From Clostridia bacterium (GTDB lineage: Bacteria; Bacillota; Clostridia; Oscillospirales; CAG-272): DNA of 64,000 bases. The position numbers and the translations under genes are program-made. The stretch covers positions 96-64,095 of the forward strand of contig JAGATD010000053.1 in NCBI GenBank assembly GCA_017621415.1, given 5' to 3'. The notes below the pieces were generated by a model, which made no database searches, was not told the DNA's origin, and was given only the letters and a program-made list of their open reading frames with translations. Below, piece by piece: positions 7,912 to 18,700 of the stretch. Within the stretch, counting starts at the first letter, position 1. Every line of letters begins with the position of its first letter.

Positions 7912-8355
7912 GTGAAGCTTTCAGAAGTGACTGTCAGAGTCAGCTCTGTAATAGAGGATAACGAAAAAATGCCTTCAGCAGAAGCAGAAAAAAACGAAAC
8001 AACATCTGTCGGATATCTTCATATATATGATGACGGCAAAGCTCTTGTTACCTATGCCGAGAGCGGCGAGGGGGGGCAGATTACTACCGAAATACTCGTT
8101 TCGGGAAAGGTGGTAACCGTCAGCCGCCGCGGAGCGATAGAAAGCTCTATGCGATTTGAAGAGGGGGTAACACATAAATCTCTCTATTCCATTCCCCCGT
8201 ATCGCTTTGATGCCGAGGTCAGGGCGAGCCTTGTAAGGAGTGAAATCTATCCCGAAAAGGGAAGAATAGAATTAAAGTATACTATGAAAGTAGGCGGCAG
8301 CGAGCGCTCCGCGACAATGAAAATATGGATATTGCCGAATTCAAGTCTCGCTTAA
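7912..8355 (+). CDS. DUF1934 (YwiB-like) beta-barrel protein
   Basis: The pattern Y.E....TT.I.V......V.R.G...S.M.F..G......Y..PYG matches my memory of the family. GTG start at 7912 follows RBS AGGAAAGG. Confidence 0.6.
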   Translation: MKLSEVTVRVSSVIEDNEKMPSAEAEKNETTSVGYLHIYDDGKALVTYAESGEGGQITTEILVSGKVVTVSRRGAIESSMRFEEGVTHKSLYSIPPYRFDAEVRASLVRSEIYPEKGRIELKYTMKVGGSERSATMKIWILPNSSLA

Positions 8356-9353
8356 AGGATAAAAGAACAGAGGGAATTTACATTTTTGCGGGAGAGGAAG
8401 AGTATCTTGTAAGATATTATCTCGGCTCACTTCGCACTTCGCTTGAAATTGACCCGACCTTTGCGGTTTTCAACAATCCCGTATTTGAGGGCGGGGAGGT
8501 CGATTTTGCGGAGCTTTACGAGGCGGTAAAGTCGCCGCCTATGATGAGCGACTACAAGTTTATTGAGTGGAGACACGCTGATTTTTCCGCTATGAAAGAA
8601 AAGGATCTTGATGCTCTCTCGGAGCTTGTTTCGCTGGTAGAGGAGCATCCTTACAGTGTTGTAGCCTTTACCGCAGAGGGGGAGAGGCTTGACTTCGGAA
8701 TGCCAAAAAGACCCTCTAAATTCATAACCGCGTTTGATAAGAAAATAAACATTTTAAGGTTTGACCGTTCTACCGAAAATCAGCTGTATTCCTGGCTTAA
8801 GCGGCATTTTGACGCTATGGGTGTGGGAGTAAGCATGGATGTGCTGAAAGCGCTTGTTTTCAGAGTTGGTCGCTCTATGGATGTTCTGCTCTCCGAGGCG
8901 GAAAAGCTTGCATATCTTGCTTTGTCAAGAGGAAAGGGAGAGATAACAGCAGAGGATATTTCTGAGGTCTCGGTCTCCTCACCTGAGTCGGACACCTTTG
9001 CTCTCTCAAATGCAATAACCGACAGGAACAAGCAGGCGGCATTTTTAGTCCTTGACGACTTAAAGAGCCGCAGAGTTGACCCGACGGTGGTGTTAGGTAT
9101 GATTGCCCGCACCTTTGACGATATACTTTCGGTGTCAATGATGCTCTCTGACGGAGAGGGGCTTCCCGCTATTGAGGCGGCTCTTAAAATGAATCCATAT
9201 AAGCTGAAAATTTATGCCTCTGCGGCAAAAAAATATACTTCCCGCGCTCTTAAAGAGACCGCTGCGGCTCTTGCTAAAGCCGATGCCGATTCAAAGTACG
9301 GCGGAGTAACGGGATATACCGCAGTAGAGCTGTTTTTAGCAAGAAATTTATAA
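8325..9353 (+). CDS. holA: DNA polymerase III delta subunit
   Basis: 342 aa with N-terminal IYIFAGEEEYL and a holA-like helical C-terminus. Confidence 0.8.
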   Translation: MDIAEFKSRLKDKRTEGIYIFAGEEEYLVRYYLGSLRTSLEIDPTFAVFNNPVFEGGEVDFAELYEAVKSPPMMSDYKFIEWRHADFSAMKEKDLDALSELVSLVEEHPYSVVAFTAEGERLDFGMPKRPSKFITAFDKKINILRFDRSTENQLYSWLKRHFDAMGVGVSMDVLKALVFRVGRSMDVLLSEAEKLAYLALSRGKGEITAEDISEVSVSSPESDTFALSNAITDRNKQAAFLVLDDLKSRRVDPTVVLGMIARTFDDILSVSMMLSDGEGLPAIEAALKMNPYKLKIYASAAKKYTSRALKETAAALAKADADSKYGGVTGYTAVELFLARNL

Positions 9354-9365
9354 GGAAAAGGCGAT

Positions 9366-10136
9366 ATGTCAAACAAAAAAAGACGAAATTTAAAGCCCGA
9401 TAACATGAAGTCTCAGGGGGCTGAGACCGAGGCGGCAAAAAAAGCAAAAACAAAAAAGATTGTAATTCTGACAGCCTGCGCCCTGGCAGTTTTGATTGCG
9501 GTTTTGGGCATAGCTTTTGCCTGCATTTATAATTCGGGCGAGGAAATGGGCACAGGAGCTTGTGAATATCTTGAAACAAGAGATATCTCAGGAAGAGATA
9601 TAAAATATGTTGAAATGTGCGTTGAGGATTACGGAAAGATCGTTATTCTTCTTGATGCTACAAATACACCCAAAACGGTAGAAAACTTCTTGAATCTTGT
9701 TAATCAGAAATTTTATGACGGACTTACATTCCACAATGTAATTAAGGATACCTTGATTCAGGGCGGCGATCCCCTTGGCACAGGATACGGAGAGTCTACC
9801 CACCCGGTAAAGGGCGAGTTCGCCATAAACGGCTGGAACAATGAAATACTCCATAAGCGCGGTGTTATTTCTATGGCTAGAGATATAAATGCAGACTGCG
9901 ATAGCGCTACCTGTCAGTTCTTTATATGCACTGAAGATCTTACAGGCATTATGGATAAATATGAAACACCTTTTTATGACGGCAATTTTGCCGCATTTGG
10001 CTATGTTGTTGAGGGAATGAGTGTTATTGACCGGATAGCAGAGGATTACGAGCAGTATAACGGTGTTATTGAGGACAAGACAAAGCAACCTGTCATAAAG
10101 TACATCAGACAGCTTAGCTCCTGGAGCAAGCCATAA
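9366..10136 (+). CDS. Membrane-anchored cyclophilin-type peptidyl-prolyl isomerase
   Basis: N-terminal TM segment. Motifs TVENF..LV....YDG..FH, GVISMAR, and SATCQFFI. Confidence 0.85.
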   Translation: MSNKKRRNLKPDNMKSQGAETEAAKKAKTKKIVILTACALAVLIAVLGIAFACIYNSGEEMGTGACEYLETRDISGRDIKYVEMCVEDYGKIVILLDATNTPKTVENFLNLVNQKFYDGLTFHNVIKDTLIQGGDPLGTGYGESTHPVKGEFAINGWNNEILHKRGVISMARDINADCDSATCQFFICTEDLTGIMDKYETPFYDGNFAAFGYVVEGMSVIDRIAEDYEQYNGVIEDKTKQPVIKYIRQLSSWSKP

Positions 10137-10160
10137 TAAATATAAGGAAAGATTAAGATT

Positions 10161-10883
10161 ATGGGAAACAAGAAAAAAGGAAAAAATTCAAATTACAAAA
10201 TAAGCTTTGACAAGCAGGAGGCTGCCGATAAGCGCAAGAATAGAATCATACTGATTGTTGGAATCTTAATTTCCGCGCTTGTTTTGGGCGGTATTATTGC
10301 AGCGATAGTCATATCATCAAATGATCCCGATGTCGGAGGCGATGGCGGTCCCCAAGCTCCCGATGTTACTCCTTACGGCATCCACTATGTTGAAATGGAC
10401 TTCGGAGATTTTGGCAAGGTGGTTATCAAGGTAGACGGTGATGCAGCTCCTATAACAGCAAGAAACTTTATGGAGCTGGTTGAGGACGGCTTCTATGACG
10501 GACTTACAATCTTCCGCGCTCAGGAGGGCTTCGTTATTCAGGGAGGCAAGGATGATGAGGCAGATCTTACACCTATTGTGGGCGAATTTTCCTCTAACGG
10601 TTACACCAACAACATCTCTCATCTGCGCGGTGTGATCTCTATGGCCAGAACGGACGATCCTGATTCTGCGACGAGCCAATTCTTTATTACCCTTCATGAC
10701 CAGGCTAAATATTCCCTTGACGGAAAGTACGCAGCATTTGGTTATGTTGTTGAGGGAATGGACGTGGTTGATGACGTTGCCGAGGCTCTTATGGAATCTC
10801 CTAGCTCGGGATATATGGGCTTTGTTGACGATTCGGATGCCATAACTATAATTTCTGTAAAGAAAATCGACTACCAAAAGTAA
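10161..10883 (+). CDS. Membrane-anchored cyclophilin-type peptidyl-prolyl isomerase (paralogue)
   Basis: N-terminal TM segment. Motifs ARNFMELVEDGFYDG, GVISMAR, and SATSQFFI. Confidence 0.85.
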   Translation: MGNKKKGKNSNYKISFDKQEAADKRKNRIILIVGILISALVLGGIIAAIVISSNDPDVGGDGGPQAPDVTPYGIHYVEMDFGDFGKVVIKVDGDAAPITARNFMELVEDGFYDGLTIFRAQEGFVIQGGKDDEADLTPIVGEFSSNGYTNNISHLRGVISMARTDDPDSATSQFFITLHDQAKYSLDGKYAAFGYVVEGMDVVDDVAEALMESPSSGYMGFVDDSDAITIISVKKIDYQK

Positions 10884-10910
10884 AATACAAAAAATTCTGT
10901 CGATAAAACA

Positions 10911-10939
10911 TTGACAACTACAAATAGTTGTGTTAAAAT
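10911..10939 (+). promoter_or_regulatory. Sigma-70-like promoter of guaB with an embedded palindrome
   Basis: TTGACA, 17-nt spacer, TAAAAT. The spacer contains CAACTA-n4-TAGTTG. Confidence 0.5.
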
Positions 10940-11001
10940 ATATCCTAATAATTAAGTTATAAAAATTTTTGTTTATATATAGGAAGTGAGGAAGTACAAA
11001 A

Positions 11002-12492
11002 ATGGCTACTTATATTAACGAACCTTCGCATACCTTTAGCGAATATCTGCTTATCCCCGGTTATACCGACGAGAGATGCATTCCTTCAAATGTTTCTCTT
11101 AAGACCCCCCTTGTTAAGTACAGAAAGGGCGAGGAGGAATGTCCTCTCAGCCTTAATATTCCTATGGTGTCTGCGATAATGCAGTCGGTTTCTAATGACA
11201 CTATGGCAATAGCTCTTGCGAGAGAGGGCGGCGTATCCTTTATTTACGGCAACCAGTCTATCGAGGACGAGGCTGCAATGGTAGCAAGGGTTAAGAACTA
11301 CAAGGCAGGCTTTGTTGTAAGCGATTCCAACCTCACACCCGATAATACTCTCTCAGATGTTCTTGAGCTTGTTGAAAAGAACGGTCACAACACTATGGCG
11401 GTTACCGACGACGGCACAGCAACAGGTAAGCTTCTCGGAATTGTTACCGGCAGAGATTACAGAGTATCCCGTATGTCTACCGACGAAAAGGTTTCAACCT
11501 TTATGACTCCTCTTTCAAAGCTTGTAACAGCTCCCGAGGGTACTACCCTCAAGGAAGCTAACGACATTATATGGGACAACAAGCTTAATTCTCTTCCCAT
11601 AGTTGATAAGAACGGCAATCTTAAGTATTTTGTATTCCGCAAGGACTACTCCCAGCATAAGGAAAATCCTCAGGAGCTTCTTGACGCAAATAAGAGATAT
11701 GTTGTTGGAGCAGGTATAAACTCCCGCGACTATGAGCAGCGTATTCCCGCGCTTATTGATGCAGGCGCTGATGTTCTCTGCATTGACTCCTCCGAGGGCT
11801 TTACAATCTGGCAGAAGAAGACCATTGACTTTGTTCGTGAGAGATACGGCGATTCTGTAAAGATTGGCGCAGGTAACGTAGTTGACCGTGACGGATTCCG
11901 TTTCCTTGCCGAGGCAGGCGCTGACTTTATTAAAATCGGTATCGGCGGCGGCTCTATCTGTATTACCCGTGAGACAAAGGGCATCGGACGTGGACAGGCA
12001 AGCGCTGTTATTGAGGTTGCTGCGGCTCGTGACGAGTATTACAAGGAGACAGGTGTTTATATTCCTATCTGCTCTGACGGCGGTATAGTTCACGATTATC
12101 ATATGACTCTCGCTCTTGCTATGGGCGCAGACTTTATGATGCTCGGCAGATATTTTGCAAGATTTGACGAGTCCCCCACACCTAAGACTATGGTCAACGG
12201 TCAGTATGTTAAGGAGTACTGGGGCGAGGGCTCAAACAGAGCGCGCAACTGGCAGCGTTATGACCTTGGCGGTAAGGCTAAGCTCTCCTTTGAGGAGGGT
12301 GTTGACTCCTATGTAACCTATGCAGGACCTCTTCACGATAATGTAGAGAAGTCTCTCTATAAGGTTAAGTCCACCATGTGCAACTGCGGCGCAATCACCA
12401 TCCCTGAGCTTCAGGAAAAGGCTAAAATTACCCTTGTATCCGCGACAAGTATTGTCGAGGGCGGATACCATGACGTCACTTTGAGAAAATAA
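11002..12492 (+). CDS. guaB: IMP dehydrogenase
   Basis: 496 aa with a CBS pair and the catalytic loop [12 protein letters not shown]. Confidence 0.9.
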   Translation: MATYINEPSHTFSEYLLIPGYTDERCIPSNVSLKTPLVKYRKGEEECPLSLNIPMVSAIMQSVSNDTMAIALAREGGVSFIYGNQSIEDEAAMVARVKNYKAGFVVSDSNLTPDNTLSDVLELVEKNGHNTMAVTDDGTATGKLLGIVTGRDYRVSRMSTDEKVSTFMTPLSKLVTAPEGTTLKEANDIIWDNKLNSLPIVDKNGNLKYFVFRKDYSQHKENPQELLDANKRYVVGAGINSRDYEQRIPALIDAGADVLCIDSSEGFTIWQKKTIDFVRERYGDSVKIGAGNVVDRDGFRFLAEAGADFIKIGIGGGSICITRETKGIGRGQASAVIEVAAARDEYYKETGVYIPICSDGGIVHDYHMTLALAMGADFMMLGRYFARFDESPTPKTMVNGQYVKEYWGEGSNRARNWQRYDLGGKAKLSFEEGVDSYVTYAGPLHDNVEKSLYKVKSTMCNCGAITIPELQEKAKITLVSATSIVEGGYHDVTLRK

Positions 12493-12539
12493 TTTCCGCG
12501 ATTGCGGCAGAGTTTTTAGGCTCGACGTAGGTTTCTACG

Positions 12540-12852
12540 CCTATCGCCTAAAAATCTTTGCACTAGCGAAAATTCTAATTCTCAAAGCTGTGCAGAGTTA
12601 AGCGACACAAAAATCTTTGCGCTTATCGAAAAAATTTCATCCTTATCGCAAAGTCGTTTAAGCCTGTCGCCTAAAAATCTTTGCACTGGCGAAAATTCTA
12701 ATTCTCAAAGCTGTATAGCTTTAGGCGAGACAAAAATCTTTGCGCTTATCGAAAAATTTCGTCCTTATTGCAAAGTCGTTGTGCCTATCGCCTAAAAATC
12801 TTTGCACTGGCGAAAATTCTAGTTCTTAAAGCTGTATATATTTAAGCGACAG
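12540..12852. repeat. Higher-order tandem repeat: 2.5 copies of a ~122-nt unit, each made of two related ~61-nt half-units
   Basis: Units start at 12540, 12663 and 12784. AAAAATCTTTGC occurs five times. Confidence 0.85.
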
Positions 12853-12888
12853 TTATCTGATTTTTAGCAAATAATATCAATCATTAAA

Positions 12889-12918
12889 GAATTTCGTGTC
12901 TTACGGGACACGAAATTC
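12889..12918. other. Perfect 12-bp hairpin upstream of asnA
   Basis: GAATTTCGTGTC (12889-12900) pairs with GACACGAAATTC (12907-12918) around a 6-nt loop. Confidence 0.6.
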
Positions 12919-12944
12919 CAATTTAATTCAAAGGAAACAAAAAA

Positions 12945-13952
12945 ATGAGCAAGCTTTTTATCCCCAAGGATTATGCTCCTGCCCTTGACGTATACGATAC
13001 GCAAAAGGCGATATCGTTTATAAAGCAGACCTTCCAGGAAAGACTGGCTAAGGCATTAAATCTTAAGCGCGTTTCGGCACCCCTCTTTGTAACAGAGGCA
13101 TCCGGCCTTAACGATAACCTTAACGGCACCGAGCGTCCTGTAAGCTTTGATATTCCCGACGCAGGTGAGGTAGGGCAGGTTGTTCACTCTCTTGCAAAGT
13201 GGAAAAGACAGGCTCTTAAGGACTATCGCTTCTACGTTGGTAACGGTCTTTATACCGATATGAACGCAATAAGACGCGACGAGGAGCTTGATAACATTCA
13301 TTCTATATACGTTGACCAGTGGGACTGGGAAAAAATAATTACCCGTGAGGAGCGCACTCTTGATTATCTTATCAAGGTAGCAACCGATATCGTAAATGTT
13401 ATATGTGATACCAGTGAGCTTTTGCGCATTGATTTTCCTCAGCTTAAGATAAAGCTTAAGAGAGAGCTGTTCGCGGTTACAACCGCAGAGCTTGAGGAAA
13501 TGTATCCCGACTTAACGCCCAAGCAGCGCGAGGATGCCGTTGCTAAGAAGTACGGCACAGTTCTTCTTATGCAGATTGGCGGCAAGCTGAAATCAGGCAA
13601 GCCTCATGACGGCAGAGCTCCCGACTATGACGACTGGGCGCTTAACGGAGATATTCTCTTCTACAACGAGGTGCTTGAGAGGTCCTTTGAGATTTCCTCT
13701 ATGGGTATCCGAGTTGACGAGGAGTCGCTCGACCGCCAGCTTAATGAGCGCGGATGCAATGACCGCCGTGAGCTTCCATTCCACAAGGCGCTCCTGAACG
13801 GTGAGCTTCCCCTTACCGTCGGCGGCGGTATAGGTCAGTCAAGACTCTGTATGCTTATGATGGGCTCAGCTCATATTGGCGAGGTCCAGTCCAGTATATG
13901 GGACAAGGCAACAATCGACGGCTGCAAGGCCGCGGGCATAAGACTGCTTTAA
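12945..13952 (+). CDS. asnA: Aspartate--ammonia ligase
   Basis: 335 aa with an AsnA-like N-terminus (TQKAISFIK..F...L...LNL.RVSAPLFV) and class II aaRS-like core motifs. Confidence 0.9.
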   Translation: MSKLFIPKDYAPALDVYDTQKAISFIKQTFQERLAKALNLKRVSAPLFVTEASGLNDNLNGTERPVSFDIPDAGEVGQVVHSLAKWKRQALKDYRFYVGNGLYTDMNAIRRDEELDNIHSIYVDQWDWEKIITREERTLDYLIKVATDIVNVICDTSELLRIDFPQLKIKLKRELFAVTTAELEEMYPDLTPKQREDAVAKKYGTVLLMQIGGKLKSGKPHDGRAPDYDDWALNGDILFYNEVLERSFEISSMGIRVDEESLDRQLNERGCNDRRELPFHKALLNGELPLTVGGGIGQSRLCMLMMGSAHIGEVQSSIWDKATIDGCKAAGIRLL

Positions 13953-13962
13953 TGAAAGCAAA

Positions 13963-13984
13963 CCCCTGACTTTTCGGTCAGGGG
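13963..13984. terminator. Bidirectional terminator
   Basis: CCCCTGAC pairs with GTCAGGGG around a 6-nt loop; the site lies between convergent genes. Confidence 0.7.
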
Positions 13985-13990
13985 TCTTTG

Positions 13991-14635
13991 TTAATCATAA
14001 TATTTAGAATTAAATTCTTTTTTGCCATTCTCGAGTAGATAGTGGTTCAATTCCTCTTCCGTAAATTGCACGCTTTTCTCTTCATCTTGCTCGTTTTTTC
14101 CTATTATGATTATAGTGTCGTTATTGATAATTGTTTTATCGCTACTTTCAAGGTCGGTTTTTTCCAAAAGATCTGCAAAAAGCCCATTTTTGTAATCGTA
14201 GGCAAAGGTGGTATACGGTGCCGCCCAATAACATCCATCGAAAATGATCAGACTTCCAAAAGAGCAAGCAGAAGTTACGATAAAGGATTCGCCGCCGCTC
14301 AAAACTTTATCGGGAAAATAGCTATATACCTCACATAGAGTTTCCGCATTGATAAAAGTAAAGCCATAAAGAGATTTTGATAGGCAGATGCACCTTTCAC
14401 CGCAATAGTTAACGTATGAGAAGCATTTTCCCATAGATATTTGGTCAACGGCATCATATTCATAAGAATATTTACCTTTTGTCAATACAAAATGTGCTTT
14501 TGTCCTAAAATTAAATCTATCGTTGTGTTCAAAAACGTCAGCCTCTATATTTATGCCATCTATTATGCTTGATATATGTTCTTTAAAAACGAAATCAAAT
14601 CCGTTGCAATAGTCGGAAATATATTTGTTTATCAT
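13991..14635 (-). CDS. Hypothetical protein (no recognisable family)
   Basis: 214-aa ORF. It is AT-rich relative to its neighbours. Its start overlaps the birA stop (ATGA). Confidence 0.6.
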   Translation of the reverse strand: MINKYISDYCNGFDFVFKEHISSIIDGINIEADVFEHNDRFNFRTKAHFVLTKGKYSYEYDAVDQISMGKCFSYVNYCGERCICLSKSLYGFTFINAETLCEVYSYFPDKVLSGGESFIVTSACSFGSLIIFDGCYWAAPYTTFAYDYKNGLFADLLEKTDLESSDKTIINNDTIIIIGKNEQDEEKSVQFTEEELNHYLLENGKKEFNSKYYD

Positions 14636-15414
14636 TGGAGTTTTCTCCTAACACTTACCTCGCCTGTAAAGAGAATTTCTTCGTTGCCGTCGGGCAGGGT
14701 AAGGGTGAGGGAATAGTCGGGATTAAGGGCTTTTACTGTGGCTGGGTAGCTTGTGCCGGGCTTTATGACATTTACCTCCTTGCCGAGTGTATTAAGCCTT
14801 TTTTTGTAGCCTGAGAACACACCGTCTGAGTCGAAATCCTCAAACGAAGATAAAATTTTATTTATCAAAAGAGCTGCAAGCTCCTCTCTTGAAATTCTTT
14901 CTCCCGATGCTTCTTCAAGCGAGATTGCAATGCCCGAAATTTCGTCAGGAAGTGATGTTTTGTAAACATTTATTCCCAAACCACATACCAAATAGGCGAT
15001 TTTGCCCTCGGAATTCATCTCGCCCTCAACCAAAATTCCCGCAAGCTTTTTGCCGCTTGCATACAGGTCGTTTACCCATTTTATCTGTGGTTCAATGTTT
15101 GCCACTTCTTCTACACATTCTGCGAGCTTTACTGCCGCAAAGGGGGTAAATTTTGTAATAAGAGCGCCAACACACTTCGGGTAGAGAAGAAATGAAATAT
15201 AAATTCCAGCCTCCGCCTTGGAGCAAAAGCTTCTGCCAAGTCTGCCTCTGCCTGCCGTTTGTGAGTCAGCAATAAATATTACAGGTTCTCTTGACGCGGT
15301 GTATTCCTTTGCATAAAGCTTAGCTCTTGTGTTTGTTGAGTCTGTTTCGGGGTAATAAATTATTTTTGGCGCCTCTTTTCCAAGTACTGTCTTGATTTTA
15401 TTTATATCCAGCAT
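14632..15414 (-). CDS. birA: Biotin--[acetyl-CoA-carboxylase] ligase
   Basis: Motifs GRGRLGRSF and KWVNDLY..GKKLAGILVE. Start set at MLDINK (RBS GGAGA). Confidence 0.85.
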   Translation of the reverse strand: MLDINKIKTVLGKEAPKIIYYPETDSTNTRAKLYAKEYTASREPVIFIADSQTAGRGRLGRSFCSKAEAGIYISFLLYPKCVGALITKFTPFAAVKLAECVEEVANIEPQIKWVNDLYASGKKLAGILVEGEMNSEGKIAYLVCGLGINVYKTSLPDEISGIAISLEEASGERISREELAALLINKILSSFEDFDSDGVFSGYKKRLNTLGKEVNVIKPGTSYPATVKALNPDYSLTLTLPDGNEEILFTGEVSVRRKLQ

Positions 15415-15492
15415 TGTTGTCTCCGTAGCAAAACTATATTTAAAGTATAACAAAAACCAAAAAGCTTGTCAATATATTTTTAATATTGGGTA

Positions 15493-15521
15493 TTGACAAA
15501 AGTGTTTAATTTAGTTATAAT
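15493..15521 (+). promoter_or_regulatory. Sigma-70-like promoter of the ileS leader
   Basis: TTGACA, 17-nt spacer, TATAAT. Confidence 0.6.
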
Positions 15522-15529
15522 ATTGGTTG

Positions 15530-15750
15530 ATGTTAAAAGCTATGATGAAGACAGTAGCGTTTGGGGTGTCTTAAGAGAGGCGGCGGTTGGTGTGAGCCGT
15601 TGACAAGCTTTACGTGAATATCACTTCGGAGCTGCGCAGGTGAATTTTTTTTAGTAATCTGTGCCGCAGGCTCAGCGTAAAAGGGGCGCGTATTGATTGA
15701 TGCGTGAAATAGGTGGTTTATTCCGTTTCCGTTTTGGGGACGGATTTTTT
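15530..15750 (+). promoter_or_regulatory. T-box leader, isoleucine specifier
   Basis: AGAGA and GGTGTGA stem-I motifs. ATC-A at 15620-15623. T-box-like AATAGGTGGTTTATTCCG. Terminator TCCGT/ACGGA followed by T6. Confidence 0.8.
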
Positions 15751-15784
15751 GTTAAATCGAGAAACTAATTTAGGAGATATAAAG

Positions 15785-18700
15785 ATGGAAATTTATGAAA
15801 AGGTCTCAACAAATCTAAATTTTGTTGAGCGCGAAAAGGCTACCAGAAAGTTCTGGGAAGCAAACAAAATTTTCGAAAAGAGCATTGATATCCGTGAGGG
15901 AGGCGAAAACTACACATTCTATGACGGCCCCCCCACAGCAAACGGTAAGCCTCACATAGGCCACGTTCTTACCCGTGTTATCAAGGATATGGTTCCGAGA
16001 TACCACACAATGAAAGGCAGACGCGTGCTTCGTAAGGCAGGCTGGGACACCCACGGTCTTCCTGTTGAGCTTGAGGTTGAGAAGAAGCTTGGCATTGACG
16101 GCAAGGACCAGATTGAGGCATACGGACTTGAGCCCTTTATCGCTCACTGCAAGGAATCCGTATGGAACTACAAGGAAATGTGGGAGGACTTCTCGGGCAC
16201 TGTCGGCTTCTGGGCTGATATGAACGACCCCTATGTAACCTATACAAACGACTTTATCGAGTCCGAGTGGTGGGCTCTTAAGAAGATTTGGGACAAGGGA
16301 CTCCTTTATAAGGGCTTTAAGATTGTTCCTTACTGCCCCCGTTGCGGTACTCCTCTTTCCTCTCACGAGGTTGCTCAGGGATATAAGACCGTAAAGGAGC
16401 GCTCGGCTGTAGTTCGCTTTAAGTGCGTAGGTGAGGATGCATATTTCCTGGCTTGGACAACCACACCTTGGACTCTTCCCTCAAACGTGGCTCTTTGTGT
16501 TAACCCTTCCGACACCTACTGTAAGGTAAAGGCTGCCGACGGCTACACGTACTATATGGCAAAGGCGCTTCTTGACTCGGTGCTGGGCTCGCTTGAGAGA
16601 GAAGAGGGCGCACCTGCGTACGAGATACTTGAGGAGATGAAGGGTATTGACCTTGAGGGCAGAGAGTACGAGGCTCTCTGGGCTTGCACTGCCGAGGCTG
16701 CAGCGAAGCAAAACAAAAAAGCGCACTACGTTACCGCTGACAACTATGTAACCATGTCCGACGGTACAGGTATCGTTCACATAGCTCCCGCATTCGGTGA
16801 GGACGACAATAAGGTGGGCAGAAGATACGGTCTTCCTTTTGTTCAGTTTGTTGACGGCAAGGGCGAGATGACTAAGGAAACTCCTTATGCGGGTCTCTTT
16901 GTTAAAAAGGCTGATGCGCCTATACTTGTTGACCTTGACAAGGAGGGCAAGCTCTTCTCCGCGCCTAAGTTCGAGCACGATTATCCTCACTGCTGGAGAT
17001 GTAACACACCTCTTATCTACTATGCTAGAGATACCTGGTTTATCGAGATGACAAAGGTACGCGACAGACTTATTGCCAACAACAACACTGTAAACTGGAT
17101 TCCCGAAAATATCGGAAAAGGCAGATTCGGCGACTGGCTTGAGAATGTTCAGGACTGGGGTCTTTCACGTAACAGATACTGGGGAACTCCTCTTAACATC
17201 TGGGAGTGCGAGTGCGGCCACAAGCATGCTATTGGCTCTATCGAGGAGCTTAAGTCTATGAGCGACAATTGCCCTGAGAATATTGAGCTGCACAGACCCT
17301 TTATTGATAACGTAACTCTTAAATGCCCCAAGTGCGGCGGCACAATGAAGAGAGTGCCCGAGGTTATTGACTGCTGGTTTGACTCCGGCTCAATGCCATT
17401 TGCCCAGTGGCACTATCCCTTTGAGAACAAGGAGCTCTTTGACTCCCAGTTCCCCGCAAACTTTATTTCCGAGGGTGTTGACCAGACAAGAGGTTGGTTC
17501 TACTCTCTTATGGCTATATCCACTCTTATCTTTGACTGTGCGCCCTATAAGAACGTTCTCGTTCTCGGCCACGTGCTTGATAAAGAGGGACAGAAGATGT
17601 CTAAGTCTAAGGGCAACGCGGTTGACCCCTTTGAGGCTCTTGAGCAGTATGGCGCAGATGCTATTCGTTGGTACTTCTACTCCAACTCCGCGCCCTGGCT
17701 TCCCAACCGCTTCTTCGGCGAGGCAGTTGTTGAGGGACATAGAAAGTTTATGGGTACTCTCTGGAATACCTATGCGTTCTATGTTCTCTATGCGAATATA
17801 GACGGCTTTGACCCAACAAAGTATCAGCTTGATAAATCCACCCTCTCCGTAATGGATAAGTGGGTGCTCTCAAAGCTTAATACCGCGGTTAAAAAGGTAG
17901 ATAACTATCTCGAAAACTACAAGATTACCGAGGCAACAAGAGTTCTTGAGGAATTTGTTGACGGTCTTTCCAACTGGTATGTAAGACGCTCAAGAGAGAG
18001 ATTCTGGGTAAAGGATATGCCTACCGATAAGGTAAATGCTTATCTTACACTTTACACCGCTCTTGTTACTATCGCCAAGGCGGCAGCTCCTATGATTCCG
18101 TTTATGGCAGAGGACATTTACCGTAACCTTGTTTGCTCGGTTGATAAGAATGCTCCCGAGTCGGTGCACCTTTGCGATTACCCTGTGGCAGATGATATGC
18201 TTATTGACGCAGCCCTTGAAGAGAATATGGACGAGGTTATCGACATTGTTGTCCTGGGACGTGCCTGCCGTAATGCTGCGGCTATCAAGAACCGCCAGCC
18301 TGTTGCCAAGATGTACGTAAGCGCGGAAAAGACTCCCGATGACAGCTTTATCTCTGTTATTGCCGAGGAGCTTAATGTTAAGAATGTTGAATTCACCGAT
18401 GATGTTTCTGATTTCACAACCTATACATTCAAGCCTCAGCTTCGCACGGTAGGACCTAAGTACGGAAAGTACCTTGGCGGAATTAAGAATACTCTTGCCG
18501 AGCTTGACGGTAATAAGGCTTATGCTGAGCTTAAGGCTAACGGCTCTATCAAGTTTACCGTAAACGGTGACGAGATCATTCTTGAGGAAGCGGACCTGCT
18601 TATCGATATGACAAAGAAAGAGGGCTTTGAGTCGCTTTCTGACAGAGGAGTAACCGTTGTTATCGACAAGAATCTTACTCCCGAGCTTATCGAGGAGGGT

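Noticed and set aside
9366-10883. Tandem membrane-anchored cyclophilins as a novel system
   Set aside because: Both are ordinary cyclophilin PPIases with signal anchors, so this is a simple paralogous duplication.
12540-12852. Possible CRISPR array (AAAAATCTTTGC-containing ~28-nt repeats with ~33-nt intervals)
   Set aside because: The spacers are themselves repeated in an alternating A/B pattern. The repeats are poorly conserved between half-units. No cas genes are nearby. The element is a higher-order tandem repeat.
15713-15784. ORF-track start of ileS at 15713
   Set aside because: These codons lie inside the T-box leader and its terminator. ATG 15785 has a strong RBS and gives the conserved IleRS N-terminus.
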